Assembly (NCBI RefSeq): GCF_018977255.1
Contig: NW_024704743.1
Coordinates: 63,428,001 to 63,492,000, forward strand
Direction of reading: 5' to 3'
Source of the DNA: Callorhinchus milii
Lineage: Eukaryota
DNA: 64,000 nucleotides
The notes under the pieces are model-generated. The model searched no databases. It worked only from the letters and a program-made list of their open reading frames with translations, and was not told where the DNA came from. This document shows positions 15,481 to 31,714 of the stretch, piece after piece (position 1 is the stretch's first letter; each line of letters opens with the position of its first letter). Both the position numbers and the translations under genes were made by a program.

Positions 15481-17257
15481 ACAAGAGGAACTACTGTCTG
15501 TTTGTATGAATGCATTAGGTGACACTCAATGACAGGAGATAATATGGATATAAAAACAATTAGCTGCTAAAAATGACGTCTCACATTAAATTATACGTGC
15601 TCTTCAGTAGGGATTTCAGAGAATAGAGTAATAGGGATTGGTTAAACAGAGAGGCAGACATTTCATCAGGTTTCTTTTTGTTATTGCTGAGCATTACTAT
15701 CCATTAAAAATTTAAAGGCCCTTTTACTTGAGCAACAGTAGAGGTTTACTATGTTATTTCCTTTAGTAGTTTGGCAAGAAGCTTGATAGCAGCTGTTCAA
15801 AGTCAAGGCCCTGAAAGTTATTTATAGAAAACCCAGACTTATTTTACACTTAAAATTTATCATTGATCCCAGCCTTCAAAAGAAAGTAGAGATCCTTCTA
15901 TTTTATCACATCTATTTCTAACTGAGCAAATATTTGATAGAAGAAGAAGGGGATAAACTCAAGAGGAAGCACTGAAATTGCATTTGATATAAACACATTA
16001 CAGAAAGTCATACATAACCAATTCATCACTGCTTACTCTAGGCGTTTAAGAAAACTAGATCAGCAAAATCCCATTTTAGAAAAGCTTAAACATGTAGAAA
16101 AACTTGTGACGTACATAAAATCTTAAACTAGCCATTGGTTTCATTTTAATGCAATATTTTACTGGATTCACATTTACATACTTTTAGTAGTTAACTTGTG
16201 TCTTATGCCATTTAAATTAGGTTATTTTTCAATTTTAAAATGCTTGCAACTCTTCCCTGCAGAATAAGCCAAAAAACAGCAGGCCAGTGACCTTAGTGAG
16301 TTTATCTTCCAGCAATAAATCAAGAATGATCCTGAGAGAGGCTTTGGGAGACAAATCCCTCCCTGTTATTTTGGTATGAGGAAAGGTAGAAGAAAAAACA
16401 TAAGGATTGTAAAGAATTTAAAGGTACAGCATCTCTTTTTGTGGACCTTTGCAGATAGTCCTGAGGTGCGCTGCATTTTGATCACAAAGGTTTGTTAACT
16501 ATCTCAGTCCTGATATGAAAGCTAGCTATTTTACTCTGTTCCAATTATCACTTTGCTGTCAAGAATACTTCATGTAACATTTGTTTACAGCATTATTATT
16601 TTATAGAACATATCTAATGCAACTGTCACCAATCAACATTCTTCAGGATTTTTCTTCTACCTTGTCCATCACAACTATGACATTTCCTGAAAAGGAGTAA
16701 TATTTTCCCAAATACCCAATATTTACATTACAATGAAGGAAAAAACATTAACATTGAATTATTGACCACCAATCATCAATGGGAACTGAGAACCAACATG
16801 CAGGGTGGATAAAAGGCATCTTTGATGACCTCACCTCTACTTCTAATAAAACTCTGTGGATGGCCTATTGAAGTGAATAATTCTAAGATTCATTTCACTC
16901 GGGGCACTAGAGTAAGATTTCTCATACTACATGGTGAAGATACATTAGCAACGTGATCACACAGAATGTCAAGCCTTAGAGCACATTATCAATGTTTCTA
17001 CATTTGAAGTTTTAGGCCTTTGGCCCTATTGGAAAAGTAGTTTGTCATTCAAATGAACTAGGCAATACAACGCCATATGTTATTTGGCATGCTCAGGGGA
17101 TCTTATATGCTCCACAAGGTATTGTTGACAGTTGTGAAATATATCCCTTGTTGCACATGAACAAAAAGGAAACTGATTTTTTGTTAAAACTCTTTCCATC
17201 ACTTGGTAAATCCTAAAACAGGTAAATTTGAAGTTCATCATAATCCACAACACATAC

Positions 17258-17427
17258 CTTGATGTCAGCTTTTACTAGGATTCTTCCAAGGCCTCGTATG
17301 GGTCCTGGAGCCAAAGCATCCTGCCTTTCTTTAATAAAGTTTTCCAGGATTTCCCAATAGCTACTCAGCTGCCTCTGTGCAAAGTTCATTACTCCAAAAC
17401 GAAGGACCAGTTTCTTTAACACCCAAA
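17258..17427 (-). CDS. TMEM245: TMEM245 exon 6 (170 nt)
   Basis: VWVLKKLVLRFGV...IKERQDALAPGPIRGLGRILVKADIK; CAACAG acceptor, GTATGT donor; phase 1 to 0. Confidence 0.95.
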
Positions 17428-17984
17428 CTGTTGCCATAACAAGACATAGCTATCAGTACACTTTATGGAAAATGCAACAGTAAAATGTGAACATATATTT
17501 GGCAGTGACAAATGAAGTGAAATTACTTCTGCGTTATTTCAGTGGACCAACCCAATTATGGATCCTTAATGTGAAATTGCTGTGCTGCTTCACCTGGGAT
17601 TCTAGCTCTGTACATTCTGAGACACTTCAAAAAGGCTTCTTCTTGGTGGGGGAAGAGGAGCTGGTATGGTACATCCTAGCAAACAGCTGCATTCAGCTCA
17701 TCAGCTCACACAGCATAGTTGTCTAATGCCTGACATTATATTTGCAATAGAGCAGTGAATTTTTTTTTAAGATATTCAAGGCATTTGTAACAGAGTACTG
17801 TCTCCTTTTCCGTTTCTCTTCCTTCCTCCCATCCCCAAACAACAAGTTTGGTTTTGAAAGAACAGTTACATTGTTTGAGGTATGTAGTTGATTTTGCAAT
17901 GGTACTTCTACCAATGGTAATTAAATCATTGAAGCAGGGCACAATTTGCAAAGGAAATGATGGGCATTTCTTCACTTTAGTTTA

Positions 17985-18310
17985 ATCGTCCTTCGGATGA
18001 GACATTAAATTGAGGTTGTGTTAAAATCTGTTCAGGTGGACATTAAAAATCCCGTGGCACTATTCAAAATGGGACTTTCCCCCCGATATCCTGGCCAATA
18101 ATCCCCCAAATAAAATTGGTCATTTACTTCATGCTTGATTGTGGGACATTGTGCACAAAATTGGCTGCTGAGTTTGCCCACCAAATACACAGTTTACAAT
18201 ATATCCTGTGAAGCTCTTTGAAACATCATCCTGACGTGAAAGGCACCACACCAAATGTAAGATTATTATTATTCATTATTATTAATTTTATTATTAATGA
18301 TTAATAATAA
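17985..18310 (+). mobile_element. Deu-type SINE 3' half
   Basis: ttcggatgagacattaaattgagg...aaattggctgctg...(ATT)n tail. Confidence 0.8.
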
Positions 18311-18789
18311 TCTCCACATATAGGCTTTAGGTTTAACAGTTAGCCGGAAGATCCAGATTGCTGGACAGCATCTTAACCCCCACCCCAATCCCTATTACTC
18401 TGGTTAGTTAGGTGTTTGTGTATATACTAAGCAGATCTTGGAGAAGACGGCATGTCATAAGAAACATGAAAATGTTGCCGTGGAGACCATTCAGTCTATT
18501 GAGCCCTTTCCAGCAGGTTATTACATTGTTAGGTAATTTAATCCCAATGCTCTGCACTTTCACCACACCCCTTAACACGTATACTACACAAGGATCTGTC
18601 TCTCTTTCAAACAACCATACTGATTATCCCAATATGATTCCCACGTAACTTTTTTAAAGGGGTATTGTCCATTAATTTGCATGTATAGGTGGACAAATGA
18701 AGAAAGATTAGCAATTATTCTACTAAAATCTTAATGCCATTAAAACGTAATTTCAATTGAATATCAGATTTTAGGAAAATTATAAAGAA

Positions 18790-18990
18790 AGGTTAATGAA
18801 ATTTGAGATTCTTCTATTTGGAAAAGGGATCTCAAGTTGACCTAATAGAAGTGTTCAAAGTTATGAAGAGAGTTAACAAGGTTGATCCAGGTAAATTGTT
18901 CAGTATACTGATAGATCCAAACAATGGGGAACATAAATTAACAATGGAAGAATGAGGAGGAAGAGAAGTCTGATGCTTATTTTTCCACAG
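18790..18990 (+). mobile_element. CR1 fragment
   Basis: gacctaatagaagtgttcaaagttatgaag encodes DLIEVFKVMK. Confidence 0.65.
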
Positions 18991-19563
18991 GTATTAATAG
19001 CTGTTTCCTGACTTAAACTTTTTATGTCCTTAAATATGTTAAAGGAAGGAGTACATGATCGTGTTTAAGCCTCTGTCACCATCAGTTTGAACAGGAAACG
19101 AGAAAGTATTCCTGACATACAACTGAAATCTCAATCATGTTACTGGTGTGTAAATTGCATCAAGTAATAATTAGGAAAAGGAAATACAGTATTGAGGGCC
19201 CACTGTAGCACCATGCTCACAAAAGACTGCCTTGGGTCAACAGTGCAAGCACTCTGGCAAGAGACTATCTTACATTTACAAAGGGCATGAAATGAAATCA
19301 GAGTACTTATTGATACCCATGGCCTTTAATTTATGAGGTCTATTTTAGGCACTATTCATAGCACAAAGTTTCCTTTAAGAGCACATCCCATATAATTGAT
19401 GAGATAAGCAGGGCAAAAGAGAAAGACGAGAAAAACAGGAAATCTCAATAAGAATATTTATGAAAATGTATTTTCTTAATACTGTACTGGAATTAATCCA
19501 AGTCCTACAGTTCAGCTATCCTCCAAATCTGAACTTTTCCTTACATTTCCAAAGGTATAATTA

Positions 19564-19848
<285 letters not shown>

Positions 19849-20269
19849 TCAAAACATTATTGGAAACTGCAAAATTGTTAAACAAATAGACTATGTTAAT
19901 GCCTTGACCAGACCAAATATCAAGTTAAATTGAGTGAACCAGGGTCAAGTTGTCGTGTCTGAGATACAAAGTAGCCTCAGCAACAAGTTTCATCTCAAAA
20001 CATATTGGCTGCTTTACACAGAGGAATTCCAGGTCGTCACCACAGCGTTAAGGATCAATTAGGAAGCCGGGTTTCAAAAAGATATTCTTATCTTGGTTTG
20101 CCTGATTTCTGGCCCCAAAGATGAGTCTGTACATGTAGACCTTGTTCTTCATAAGGACATTACATATGCCATGATAGGTGAAAAGAGAAGGGATTTTCTC
20201 CCAGTATTCTGGCTAATAATCTTCTGAATCAATCAGTCATTCACCTCAAGGCTGTTTATGGGATAATAA

Positions 20270-20622
20270 TGTATAATAATAATCCTTGCATTTGATTTAG
20301 CACCTTATCACGTCTTCTAGACTTCTCAATGCGCTTCACAGAATATACCGTAAAGTGAATTAACTGGATATTTTGTGGGTGAAACATGGCAGCCAATTGC
20401 GCACAGCAGTGTCCCACAAACAGTCGTGGTTTGAAGTGACCAATTTACTTCTTTGGGGGATTTTTTTTGAAGGAATTATTAACCTGGAAAAGCGATCTGC
20501 CAATCGACTAACAACCGGGTTCCTACTTACTGCTAGGTAAACTGAGGAGTAAGGAAACATGCCCAGCATTTTGCTCTGCCGGGAATTGAACTGCTCTAAC
20601 CACTGAGCTACAGGACTCCACA
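20270..20622 (-). mobile_element. tRNA-derived SINE (younger family)
   Basis: Reverse complement of the 26004-26380 element; head GGAGTCCTGTAGCTCAGTGGTTAGAGCA. Confidence 0.85.
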
Positions 20623-21771
20623 ATCCTATATTTTGCTGTGCTGCAAATCAGCTGATGTGTTTGCCTATAAAAGCAATCACTACACTTTGCAGTGAGTACT
20701 ACAAAGTGTTTGACATGTTCCACTATGATACTGTACTACCAAAATGCTAAGCTTTATTTCTTTACAATGGTGCGGGGAAGCAAGCAGGGTCTACTTGGAG
20801 CTGAACTGACAAGAGGCGCTGACGGAAGCCAAGCAAGAGAGCCTTGATGACATTCAACTGTAGGAGAGGCGGTAAAGAATAGAGTGGCAAAAGTGTTATA
20901 ATATTTCTATTTAGTTTTGAATTTGTAATAATAACTAAATGGATCTTCTGGTATTACAAACACAAAGAGGAACACAACTTTTTAAAATCGTCTCACTTTC
21001 TTGGTCAATGGTCAAAAACTCAGGAAGTGGAGGGAGAGGAGAAAGAAACCATTACTGTAATTATACACTGTCATCACAATTATTATTCCAGAAAGTACTA
21101 GGCAAAGGTTGGCTTGAGGACCCCAGAGTGTGTGTTGGGGTACAGATGGACTCTAACCAGCTTGCCCATTGTGTGAGCATCCGTGGGGCATTCCTAGTAC
21201 AGTAATAACCTAGATAGACATCAGGGAAGATTCACTGGTAATTTGGGGAAGGGGTGAAGGATGAAAGAAAAGGAAAGCATGAGCTAGCTCATCACTGAGA
21301 CAATCAGTATGAGACAACTCCCAGTATTTAGTAAAGCCATGAGGAGACATCTGCAGGTTACCCTAACACAAGTGAGACACTTGAACACAGAAACGCTATA
21401 ATGTCAAGAAATTGGGTGTCTCAGCCTTTACGTTACCTCAACACTAGTAAATGTAAAGATTAGTGTGCAAACATCTTTTTAAAAAGATGAAACTACTATA
21501 CATCTCTCTTCTGTACATTTCGCACATTAAAACCATCATATGCAAAGGCAACAGTAGCCAGCAAAGTGGTCAACTCACATTACAGATGGCCATTTTGGAT
21601 CGTCCATTACACAACATTGGTCATTTTAAGCTATACTGCCATTCCTGCCTGATTTTCTTCTTGAATGACCCTAAAGTGTTACCAATACTTAAAAAAATTG
21701 CTCTATGTACAAACATGTTGTACAAGTTCTACATTTCCCTCATTAGTTCAAATGTGGATAAACACAGTTAC

Positions 21772-21885
21772 CTGGCGGTGGGTCTGGCAGACGTTCATCT
21801 TGGCAACTACTAAATCCGCTGATGGATACTGCCATGTTAAATGTGCTTACAGCAATCTGAATTATATGACCAGGCAGCTTCACAC
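21772..21885 (-). CDS. TMEM245: TMEM245 exon 4 (114 nt)
   Basis: GVKLPGHIIQIAVSTFNMAVSISGFSSCQDERLPDPPP; CTGCAG acceptor, GTAACT donor; phase 1 to 1. Confidence 0.92.
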
Positions 21886-22852
21886 CTGCAGAAACAAAAG
21901 GGGAAGAGAACACAAAAAGAAAAGCCATATCATCCTGATGGTAGGAAGAAGTTGTAAGAAACATCACATTGCAAACTTTATTAAGTTAGAGATAGTTTAA
22001 ATTAATTTACTTAAAATTCTTTCATATTGAAAGGGATGATGTGAAAGGTGCTATATAAATGTAAATTTGTATTGTATTGAGGCTAAAGTTATAGTGTTGA
22101 TAGTTTTTATATAGGTAAATTTGCACAAGTCATATCAGTCGGGACTATAACATTTAATTTGACTTATGCAAAGTAAGATTTACAGGCAAACTTACATAAG
22201 TCAAATCATATATGAATTATGCAAAGTTATGTACAAGTCAGATTTTATATGGCTAAAACTTAACAAATACCATAAACAAGTACAAGGTCCTTGCTACTAA
22301 CTTGAGTTTAGTTGTTTGTATTGCTGTATTGCCTGATGCAACAGAGTACACTGTAGTGTGCCACACATGCGATACTTCATCACTGCAGCCAGTAAATGCG
22401 TATGTGGTGACGGGTCAAGACTTTGTTTCCCGTGCTTGTTTCATACAGAACACTGCGTGCAGTACTTCAATGTAGCCAGTAAGTACAGATAGTGGTGTTA
22501 CAGTTAAGAGATGATTTTCATAGGATTTAGGATTATTTGGGACCAAGAAACCGTTACAATTTAGCCGTTTATCCAATTTATAAAATACGACGAATGCAAG
22601 GAAATCTAAGAGGTTGTTGGTTGGAACCTGAATGTGACTCGTGCGTATGTATTATACGATTTATAAAGAGATGATTTGTACAAGTTTCGCTGCATACAGA
22701 AAGGTGAGAAACATCCTATATATGTATTCAAACATTCATGTTTCCCACTAAATATCTGTGTAAACATTTAACTTTAAAGTATAAATGGTTATTTAATGCT
22801 TCACCGAGACCATAAACAAAATAAACATAGGATATTTTCCTCACCATTTTTA

Positions 22853-23250
<398 letters not shown>

Positions 23251-24644
23251 TTCGCTGAGTTTTATGGGGGAGCAGAGAAACTATTTCAAATGGCTTATTC
23301 TTGGCAAACTGAGCTAAGAAAAGCGAAGTTCACATCACAAGTACCGTTTTCAGCAATTACAAGTAGCAGATCAAAGAAAGTGGCAGATTATGCTGACAAC
23401 TCAAAGAAATAAGAAGGTTGCACAATGAGCTTCAGCCATTATGGAAGGAAAAACTAAGAATAATTGAATAACTCTTGATTGAATAGTTGAATGATTGTTA
23501 AACCTACATCATACTACAAAAGGCCAGGGTTTAAGTTAGGATCGTGGAATTTTGTGCAATTCCACTGCTGTTCAATAGAAACATCATTGTAAAGAAATAG
23601 TGCCATCACACGACAACATTGCCGGCATGGCAACAGGAAGCAACAGTCTTTTTCTTCACTAACCACAATCTCAAAGTTCAAACAGTGTTGATGAATTGTT
23701 CGAGCTTCTGTTGTTAACGAAAATTGCAATTTGTAACATTTTTCTTTCTCAATCCAGGCATCAAATTTACCAAATGTTTCGCCTTGCTGTCAAGATTTTT
23801 TCCCGTGACCAAATGGAGAAGAACAATGTCTGTTTAAATTCTCTCTCTCTCTCGCTCTCTCACTCACCACATCCACATGGGACGATAGATAAGGAATCCT
23901 TCGGTTCAATTTTGGGGAAAGTATTCAAAGAGAAGCAAGCAATATCCATTGAAACTGCAAGTAAACATGTTTTCTCTCTCTCTCTCTCTCTTTGCCAGAC
24001 TTTAAAGATTTTGTTATCTCGCGGGCTCACACCTGCAGTAGGGTCTCAGGGAAACCAGAATAAAGACCCACGAAACATTAACTTAAAACTGTAGAATTAA
24101 AATGCAACGCTACAAGACATGTGACATTGTACTGCTTCAATAAGGATTTCACAAGAAATCGTCATTCAAACTGTCAATCACATTCAGTCTGTTGCCAACT
24201 CCCATTGCAATAAAAGCCAGTTCCCACTGACAATTATCGTAAGCCACAGTTTTTTGAAGAGTGTACATACATATACATAATGAATATCAATAGGTTTTGA
24301 GTGCAGCATAATCTCAGGGCTAAGGTGATAGATTAAATTTAGATTTATGCATCAAATGAAACTGGATAATATGGCACATCATGGTAACGTGCTCCATTCA
24401 TTATCTCCACCCTCCCCAATCCCGACCTCCTTGGGTCCGAAACACTGACTGTCCAGCATCCTCCCAATATGAAAGGCGCTATACAAATGTACTTTTGTTG
24501 TTGTTGTTATCCCATACTCACAAAAGAAATAACATCACATTATCTGAATTTGAAATTCATATACAAAGAACAGTTAGCTTGGAAAATTGTTAGAATGTCC
24601 ATTCATAGGACACTAAATAATTACTTTATTCAAGTTATACTTTA

Positions 24645-24800
<156 letters not shown>

Positions 24801-26003
24801 TTAGGAAACCATCATTCAGACTACACTGGTGGCCCTCTCACAGCATTACTACAGAAATCAAAATATTATTAAGTTCAACTTAAATATTAACTAATTAATT
24901 GAGCAAACATTTCCAATTTGTAGAAAAAGTACTCACATTTTATAAATAAGATTAACTTGATCACAGCAATTTAGTCATTACATAATATTGTCATTTGGGC
25001 AGTCTATACCACTTGCACATAATTTGACATTTTCTGTCAGATCTCGTTCCTTCTAACATTAGGTGTCCACGTCGAGTCTTGGTAAAAGTTATAGACAATA
25101 TTTGAATGACAAATCGTAAAAAAACACTTGGATACTCTTCAATAACTCAGAAACATTATGATGCTAAATTTGATGACATACCATAAATTGGTTTTCAAAT
25201 AAATGATCAATTTTTAATTTTAATATTTTTTCAATAAGCTAGTAATAAAACATTTTTCTGCTAAAGGGTAGGGTAGTCATAGCTGTTCAAGTACTGGGAA
25301 GTTTGACAAACTGGGCTCTCAATGGCAAGCTATATGGCTTTAGCTGGTCCAACTCCAGCATTACCCCAACACATACTTGGAGATCCCTAAGCTTTGGGAC
25401 TTACCAACCTGTACCTAATACTCTCCAGCATTAAGCAGGGTGCATCCCTCGAAGGAGAGAGTACTCATTCCATTCCAGATAAGGGGAAATTCCCATTTGT
25501 AAATGGCACCATTTGGATACTCTTAAACCCAGCTAAACCAACTTTTTTGGGGAATTATTCATGTTAGTACGAAACCTCATGACTTTTTAAAAAATATTAT
25601 TTTTTAAATTGCTGCTCAGTGTAATTTTTTAAACTGTTAAAAATCTTGTTAAGAGTTAACTTAACCAATTCCAAACATCAGCCCCCCCACAACAACACAC
25701 CCCCCCAAAAAGTTCAATGGTTCAAATATATATCAATTTAAATTTATGCATTATTTGAGATGGTTCAGATCCTTCAGGGCGAGACCTTAAACCAAGGGCC
25801 TGTTTGCCTATTCGGATGGATGTTAAAGATCCCATGATACTATTTTAAAAAGAAGAGAAGGGAGTTTCTCCTGCTGTTCTAGCCAATAATCTCCCAAATA
25901 AAATTGGTTCATTTACTTCATGGCTGTTTGTGGGACAGGCTGCGCGCAAATTGGCTGCTGTGTTTACCCACAAATACACAGTAATTATGCTTCATAGTAA
26001 AAT

Positions 26004-26380
26004 GAATGCGGAATCCTGTAGCTTAGTGGTTAGAGCACTTGTGTCGCAAGTGAGAGGACCTGGGTTCAAATCCCGAGAAGGGTGAAACATTGGGCAAGTT
26101 TCCTTACTCCACGTTGTTTACCTAGCAGTAAGTAGGAACCCGGTTGTTAGTTGATTGGCGGATCCCATTTCTCGGGGTAATAATCCCTTCAAAACAAAAA
26201 AAACTTAAAAATAATTTGGTCACTCAATCCACGACTGTTTGTGGGACACTGCTGTGCGCAATTGGCTGCCGCGTTTTGCCCACAAAATATATAGTCAATT
26301 CACTTTACAGTATATTTGTGAAGCGCTTTGCGATTTCTCGAAGATGTGACAAAGCGCTATATCAAATGTAATGATTATTA
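26004..26380 (+). mobile_element. Full-length tRNA-derived SINE nested in an older Deu SINE (about 25770-26450)
   Basis: A box tagcttagtgg, B box gggttcaaatccc, L2-like tail; flanked by the direct repeat taaaat (25998-26003 and 26381-26386). Confidence 0.9.
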
Positions 26381-27337
26381 TAAAATCTTGTGAAGTGTTT
26401 TGAGACATCTCGATGATGTGATTATTTCAAATGCAAGGATTGTTATATTCATGAAGGTTAATACAGCCCAATGCATTTACATATAAAGAGGAGAGAGGAA
26501 AGAGGAAAGCAAACACAACCCAGTTAATTTGATCCTTATCCAAATCCACATGCAGGCATTACCCTCAAGCATCACAGGATAGAGATCAGAAGCATCACTT
26601 CAAACAGATTTCTCCATCCCAGTTCAGGAGTGCTATCCTGCTAACATCTTGCTTGCTGGTCATTTTCTGGACTACCTCATGATTCATTCAACATTTTGTG
26701 CATCTTACCAACTGATATTTGGAATCCAAATATTTTAATTAGCAGCTGAAATCTGTTTTTTGAACAGCACTCATGGCTGAATTAGTTCACAATGTCTAGC
26801 AAAATTCCTTTCATATTGGACCAACAAAGAAATCTACTGTTCACAGTTTGATGTGCTCAAAGCTGGCAATCTAATGGGGACAGCCATGGGACAAATGCTG
26901 AGTGCCCTCTACGATAAACCGTATCACAGTCTACAATGTGTGTGTGGCTGTCACATTTAGTGGATTTCTGCCATAAACAGTGGGATGTGATGCAGTCAGC
27001 ATTTTGATAAGTTTCTGATTAAACGCTTTCACACTGTTACACTGTTAGTATGTGCAACCACATCAGAAAGTGGCTCAACCACTGCATCATCAACATTATT
27101 TGTTGCTTCATCAACAGTTTCTAAAGACTCTAAAGACCTTCTTCTGCAGGTCAAACAAAATGAGTTAAAAATGAGTTAAAAGTTAATGTAAGATTTTTAT
27201 CCAAAGGGTGAGAGGAAAAGTCTAAATTTGTGAGCAATATTTACAGACAAGCATGTGAATGAGGATAGAAGGTCAGTTACCTATATCCTTGTCTGAGAAT
27301 TTATGTATGAACTAGGTCATACATAACCAAAAGGCAT

Positions 27338-27620
27338 TATTTTCGTCAGCCGAATGCCTGATACATGCGGAAACCCATCACAATGCTTAAGATTATCCAA
27401 ACCAAACTGAAAATTCAATGCATCCCACCTATACATGGAAATTTCAGAGATATTTATTGGAATGAACACTCTCCATTGAGGACGCATCCTGCTTACCTAA
27501 TTCCAAAAACTACAAGGCGCAGGTTGACAAAAGCGCAGGCTTAGGGACCTCAGACTGTGCATTGGTGTAACGGTGGAGTCTAACCAGTTAAAACCACACA
27601 GCGTGTCATTGAAAGCACTG
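27338..27620 (-). repeat. Family X 3' half
   Basis: Colinear with 40268-40545. Confidence 0.8.
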
Positions 27621-28517
27621 TCTATCACAAAACTCCATCACATCTAAATATTAACATAACTCAAACAATTATTATAAAGAAAGCAATTATGCAATACACT
27701 AACTGAGGCAGATGAAGCTATACAATTTGAACTTTAATTGAATTTGGACTGTTAGGATGCTTCTGATGAAGTTCCATGATTGAAGCTTTAAAATGAAGAA
27801 AAATTTAATTCATAGCAAACCTTTTACTAGGATATAAGTTGCACGTTTAATACTTCTTTTGCATGAAATGAACACTAGGAAACAATATTATAGATCTAAG
27901 AGAATGGGAAAATGAAGATTTAAGATTTTGCCTAAAGGTATAGTCAAAGAGTTATTATGTTGTTAAGACCGTTTTGAAGGAATGAGAGAAAGCAAGATAA
28001 AGACATTTTCGGAGGATAGTGCTCAGTAGCTTAAGGCTCAGCAATGATTGACCGGAAAGAACAAATAGCAAGCAAAATAGTCCAAATTGAAAGAGAAGAT
28101 ATATTGTGGATATATGCAGAAATCATTGATAAATGTCTGGGGTCAGCAATTAAAGCCCCTTTAGATTGCTTGAAGCAACCTGCATCCACTCCACCAGAAG
28201 AACAATTTGGAGCTGAATCCAGAATTATACTTCCTTTTCCGAATCACTCTTGCCAGGGTTCTGTGCATACTGGTTCAGTTTACTCAATTTAGTGTACACA
28301 CAGAACTCCACTAACTGGTGCCAAATTGCAACAGTTTATCACACAACTGGATCTCTAACAATATTTCAGAAGTCTAGCAGCATGGAAAACTCTATGTGGC
28401 CTCTGCCAACTCTGTGAAAGTTTGCACAAATTCTCTGTGATCACCAAAAGCTAATGGTCAAACATTGAGTGCACTGAATATTTGGCTTGTGGTAGGGTGG
28501 CTAAGATTTGTTTTGTT

Positions 28518-28920
28518 TTTTGGTCAGCCAGATGTCTGACACATGCGGAAACCCATCATCATGCTTTTTAGGCGCAGATTGGCAAAAGCCAAGGTTTGGG
28601 GACCCAGAGTGTGCTTTGGGGTACGAACGGAATCTAACCAACTAAAACCGCATAGCTTGCCATTGATATTGCTGCAAGCTTTCCCGCTGCTTGTCCAGCT
28701 AGGACCACCCTACCCATTAGGTTTGCAGCTTTAACAGGAGTTGAGTGGGATGACTCCTTGCCTCCAGTGACTGGTCTGCCCTTCCAGGTCCTGCCAACAA
28801 GCCAGCAGTTGCCCTGGAATACAGCAGACCAGCCTGGCTCAGGAACCGAGCTACCGAGACCGCCACAGAGGGCTGGCTCTGTTCTGCCATTCCGTGGCCA
28901 GGCGTTTCACCTTGGAACTA
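28518..28920 (-). repeat. Family X copy with internal deletion
   Basis: Begins ttttggtcagcc...gcggaaacccatcatcatgc on the + strand. Confidence 0.85.
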
Positions 28921-29619
28921 TAAAAGGTATCAAGTCAGATCCACATTAATCTAAGACATTGTTGATATGTTGATGATTGACAAGACTGTCCAGCTCATCG
29001 CAGACATTCATTTTTTGATCGTTCTGGTGTCTGACCCACACAGAAACCCCATCACCATGCTTAAATGTATCTAAATCAGACAGAGCTGCACATATCCATG
29101 CCAACTACACACAGAAATTTCCCAGTTGGGGAAGATGGGAGTGTGCTCTCTCTCTCCCCCACTGCCCATCCACCCCCAGCCCCATACGCCCTGCTTACCT
29201 AGTTTGATTTAAGTATTAGGTACAGGTTACCAGAAGCTATGTCTTGGGGACCTGACAGTGTGTGTTGGGGTTTAAAAAACACATAGTGAAGCTGTCCAGC
29301 AAGCTTTCCACTGCGTGTCCAGCTATGACCACCCTCCCTGTTAGGGCTTTGGCTTGCAGGGTCAACAGAAGCAGAGTCGCAAGAACCCTTGCTTCCGCAA
29401 AGCTCCTGCCAACCAGCCGGGCTTGCCGGCTTGTCGGTCATCAGTGGCGCTTAACGGCGCCGGCCAAAGCTCGAAAACCAGAGAGAGTGACGCCAACAGG
29501 GCGCGCCAGGCAAAACGTAAGAGCGCTCGGGTAATGGCAACGGCGGGAGCGCCCACGCGATACGGTCAGCCCACTTTACAGTATATCCCGTGAAGCTGTG
29601 AGACAGCGATAAGGCGCTA

Positions 29620-30357
<738 letters not shown>

Positions 30358-31009
30358 TCACTCTGTGCGGGAAATAACGGCTTTGGGCGGGTGGGTGCTT
30401 CACTTTTAAAAAACGTTTTAATTTCAAACCTGGGGGGGGGGAAAGGGGGAAAAAAAACCGTCCCCTTTTCTCTTACGGTTTCAAAAACACTGACTCGTAT
30501 GGGGCCACTCTGCCTCCCATAAAGAGGCGGCGCGTAATATTGGGGTTACTTTTCGGCGACGGTTGGGTTGACTTTGGGCGACCAAATGTATTTTCATTTC
30601 TGGAGCTTTTTTCTTCGCTCCCCGCCCCACCCCCCACTCTCTCTCTCTCTCTCTCGGTGACTCCATCCCAGAGTCCCCCCTATCTCGCCCTTAACCCCCT
30701 TCCCTCACCTCATTTCGTGGCTAAAGAGATGAGCCCAAAACAGCGCTTCAATTCGGTGTGTCTTGCCTTTCAAGTTGGGAGGATGTCCCAAAGTATTTCA
30801 CAGCGTATACTGTGAAATAGAATTTTGCAAACCAAATCGGGGGAACGCGTAGAGAAAAAAAACCAACTAACTCAGCACGAGTCCTGATGCTGGAGAAACT
30901 TGTTTCTGTTTTGAGATTTTATTGTTCTTGCTCAGTTTGTTGCTGAACTCGAACCTGTCCAGGGACACAATGCCTCATTCGGGGACTATCCCCATAAATC
31001 AGGGACGCG

Positions 31010-31290
31010 TGGCCATTCTACTGTAACGTGCAGTGATCATGTCTTGTGGGTGAATGCGGCAGACGGTTATTGCACACAGCAAAGCCCCGCAAACAGCCAT
31101 GGAGTGCATGACCAATTTTATGCGAGGTATTGTTGGCCAGGACGCCCAGGAGCAAGAAACTCTTTTCAAATAGTGCCGTGGGTTCTTTAAGATCCACCTG
31201 AAGGAGCAGATGGGGAGTCGGTTGTGCATCTCGTCAGAAAGACAACACCTCCAACAATGCAGCATCGCCCCAGCACTGCATTGGACTGTC
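31010..31290 (-). mobile_element. Deu-type SINE fragment
   Basis: Reverse Deu core (tagtgccgtgggttctttaagatccacctg). Confidence 0.75.
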
Positions 31291-31714
31291 ACAGATGATC
31301 ACAAAATTGGTGTGGATGAAGAAACCCTTTGGCCCATCTGATTTCATCCCTCTACAACACCCACCCTATCTTCCTCCCATTACAGGATCTTTTAAAATGA
31401 GTTCAATGTACTGACCTTCCTGACAATCTGTTCCAGTCATAAATAACAATAATAGATAAATAACAATAACCTTTCACGTCAGGAGGACACCCAAGGTACT
31501 CGACAGTCATTTATATCTGAACTGGAGGTTGAATTCGGAAGAGGTTGGGTGGAGGGGAGGGGGGTTGAAGCATCCACCTGAACGGACAGACAGAACCTCA
31601 GTTTAATGTCTCATCTGAAGGACAGCACCTCCAACAAGCCAGTGCTCTTCCAGCACTGCACTGGAATGTCAAACTGGATTATGAACTCCACGTCTCCAAG
31701 ATTTTCAAATGTAC

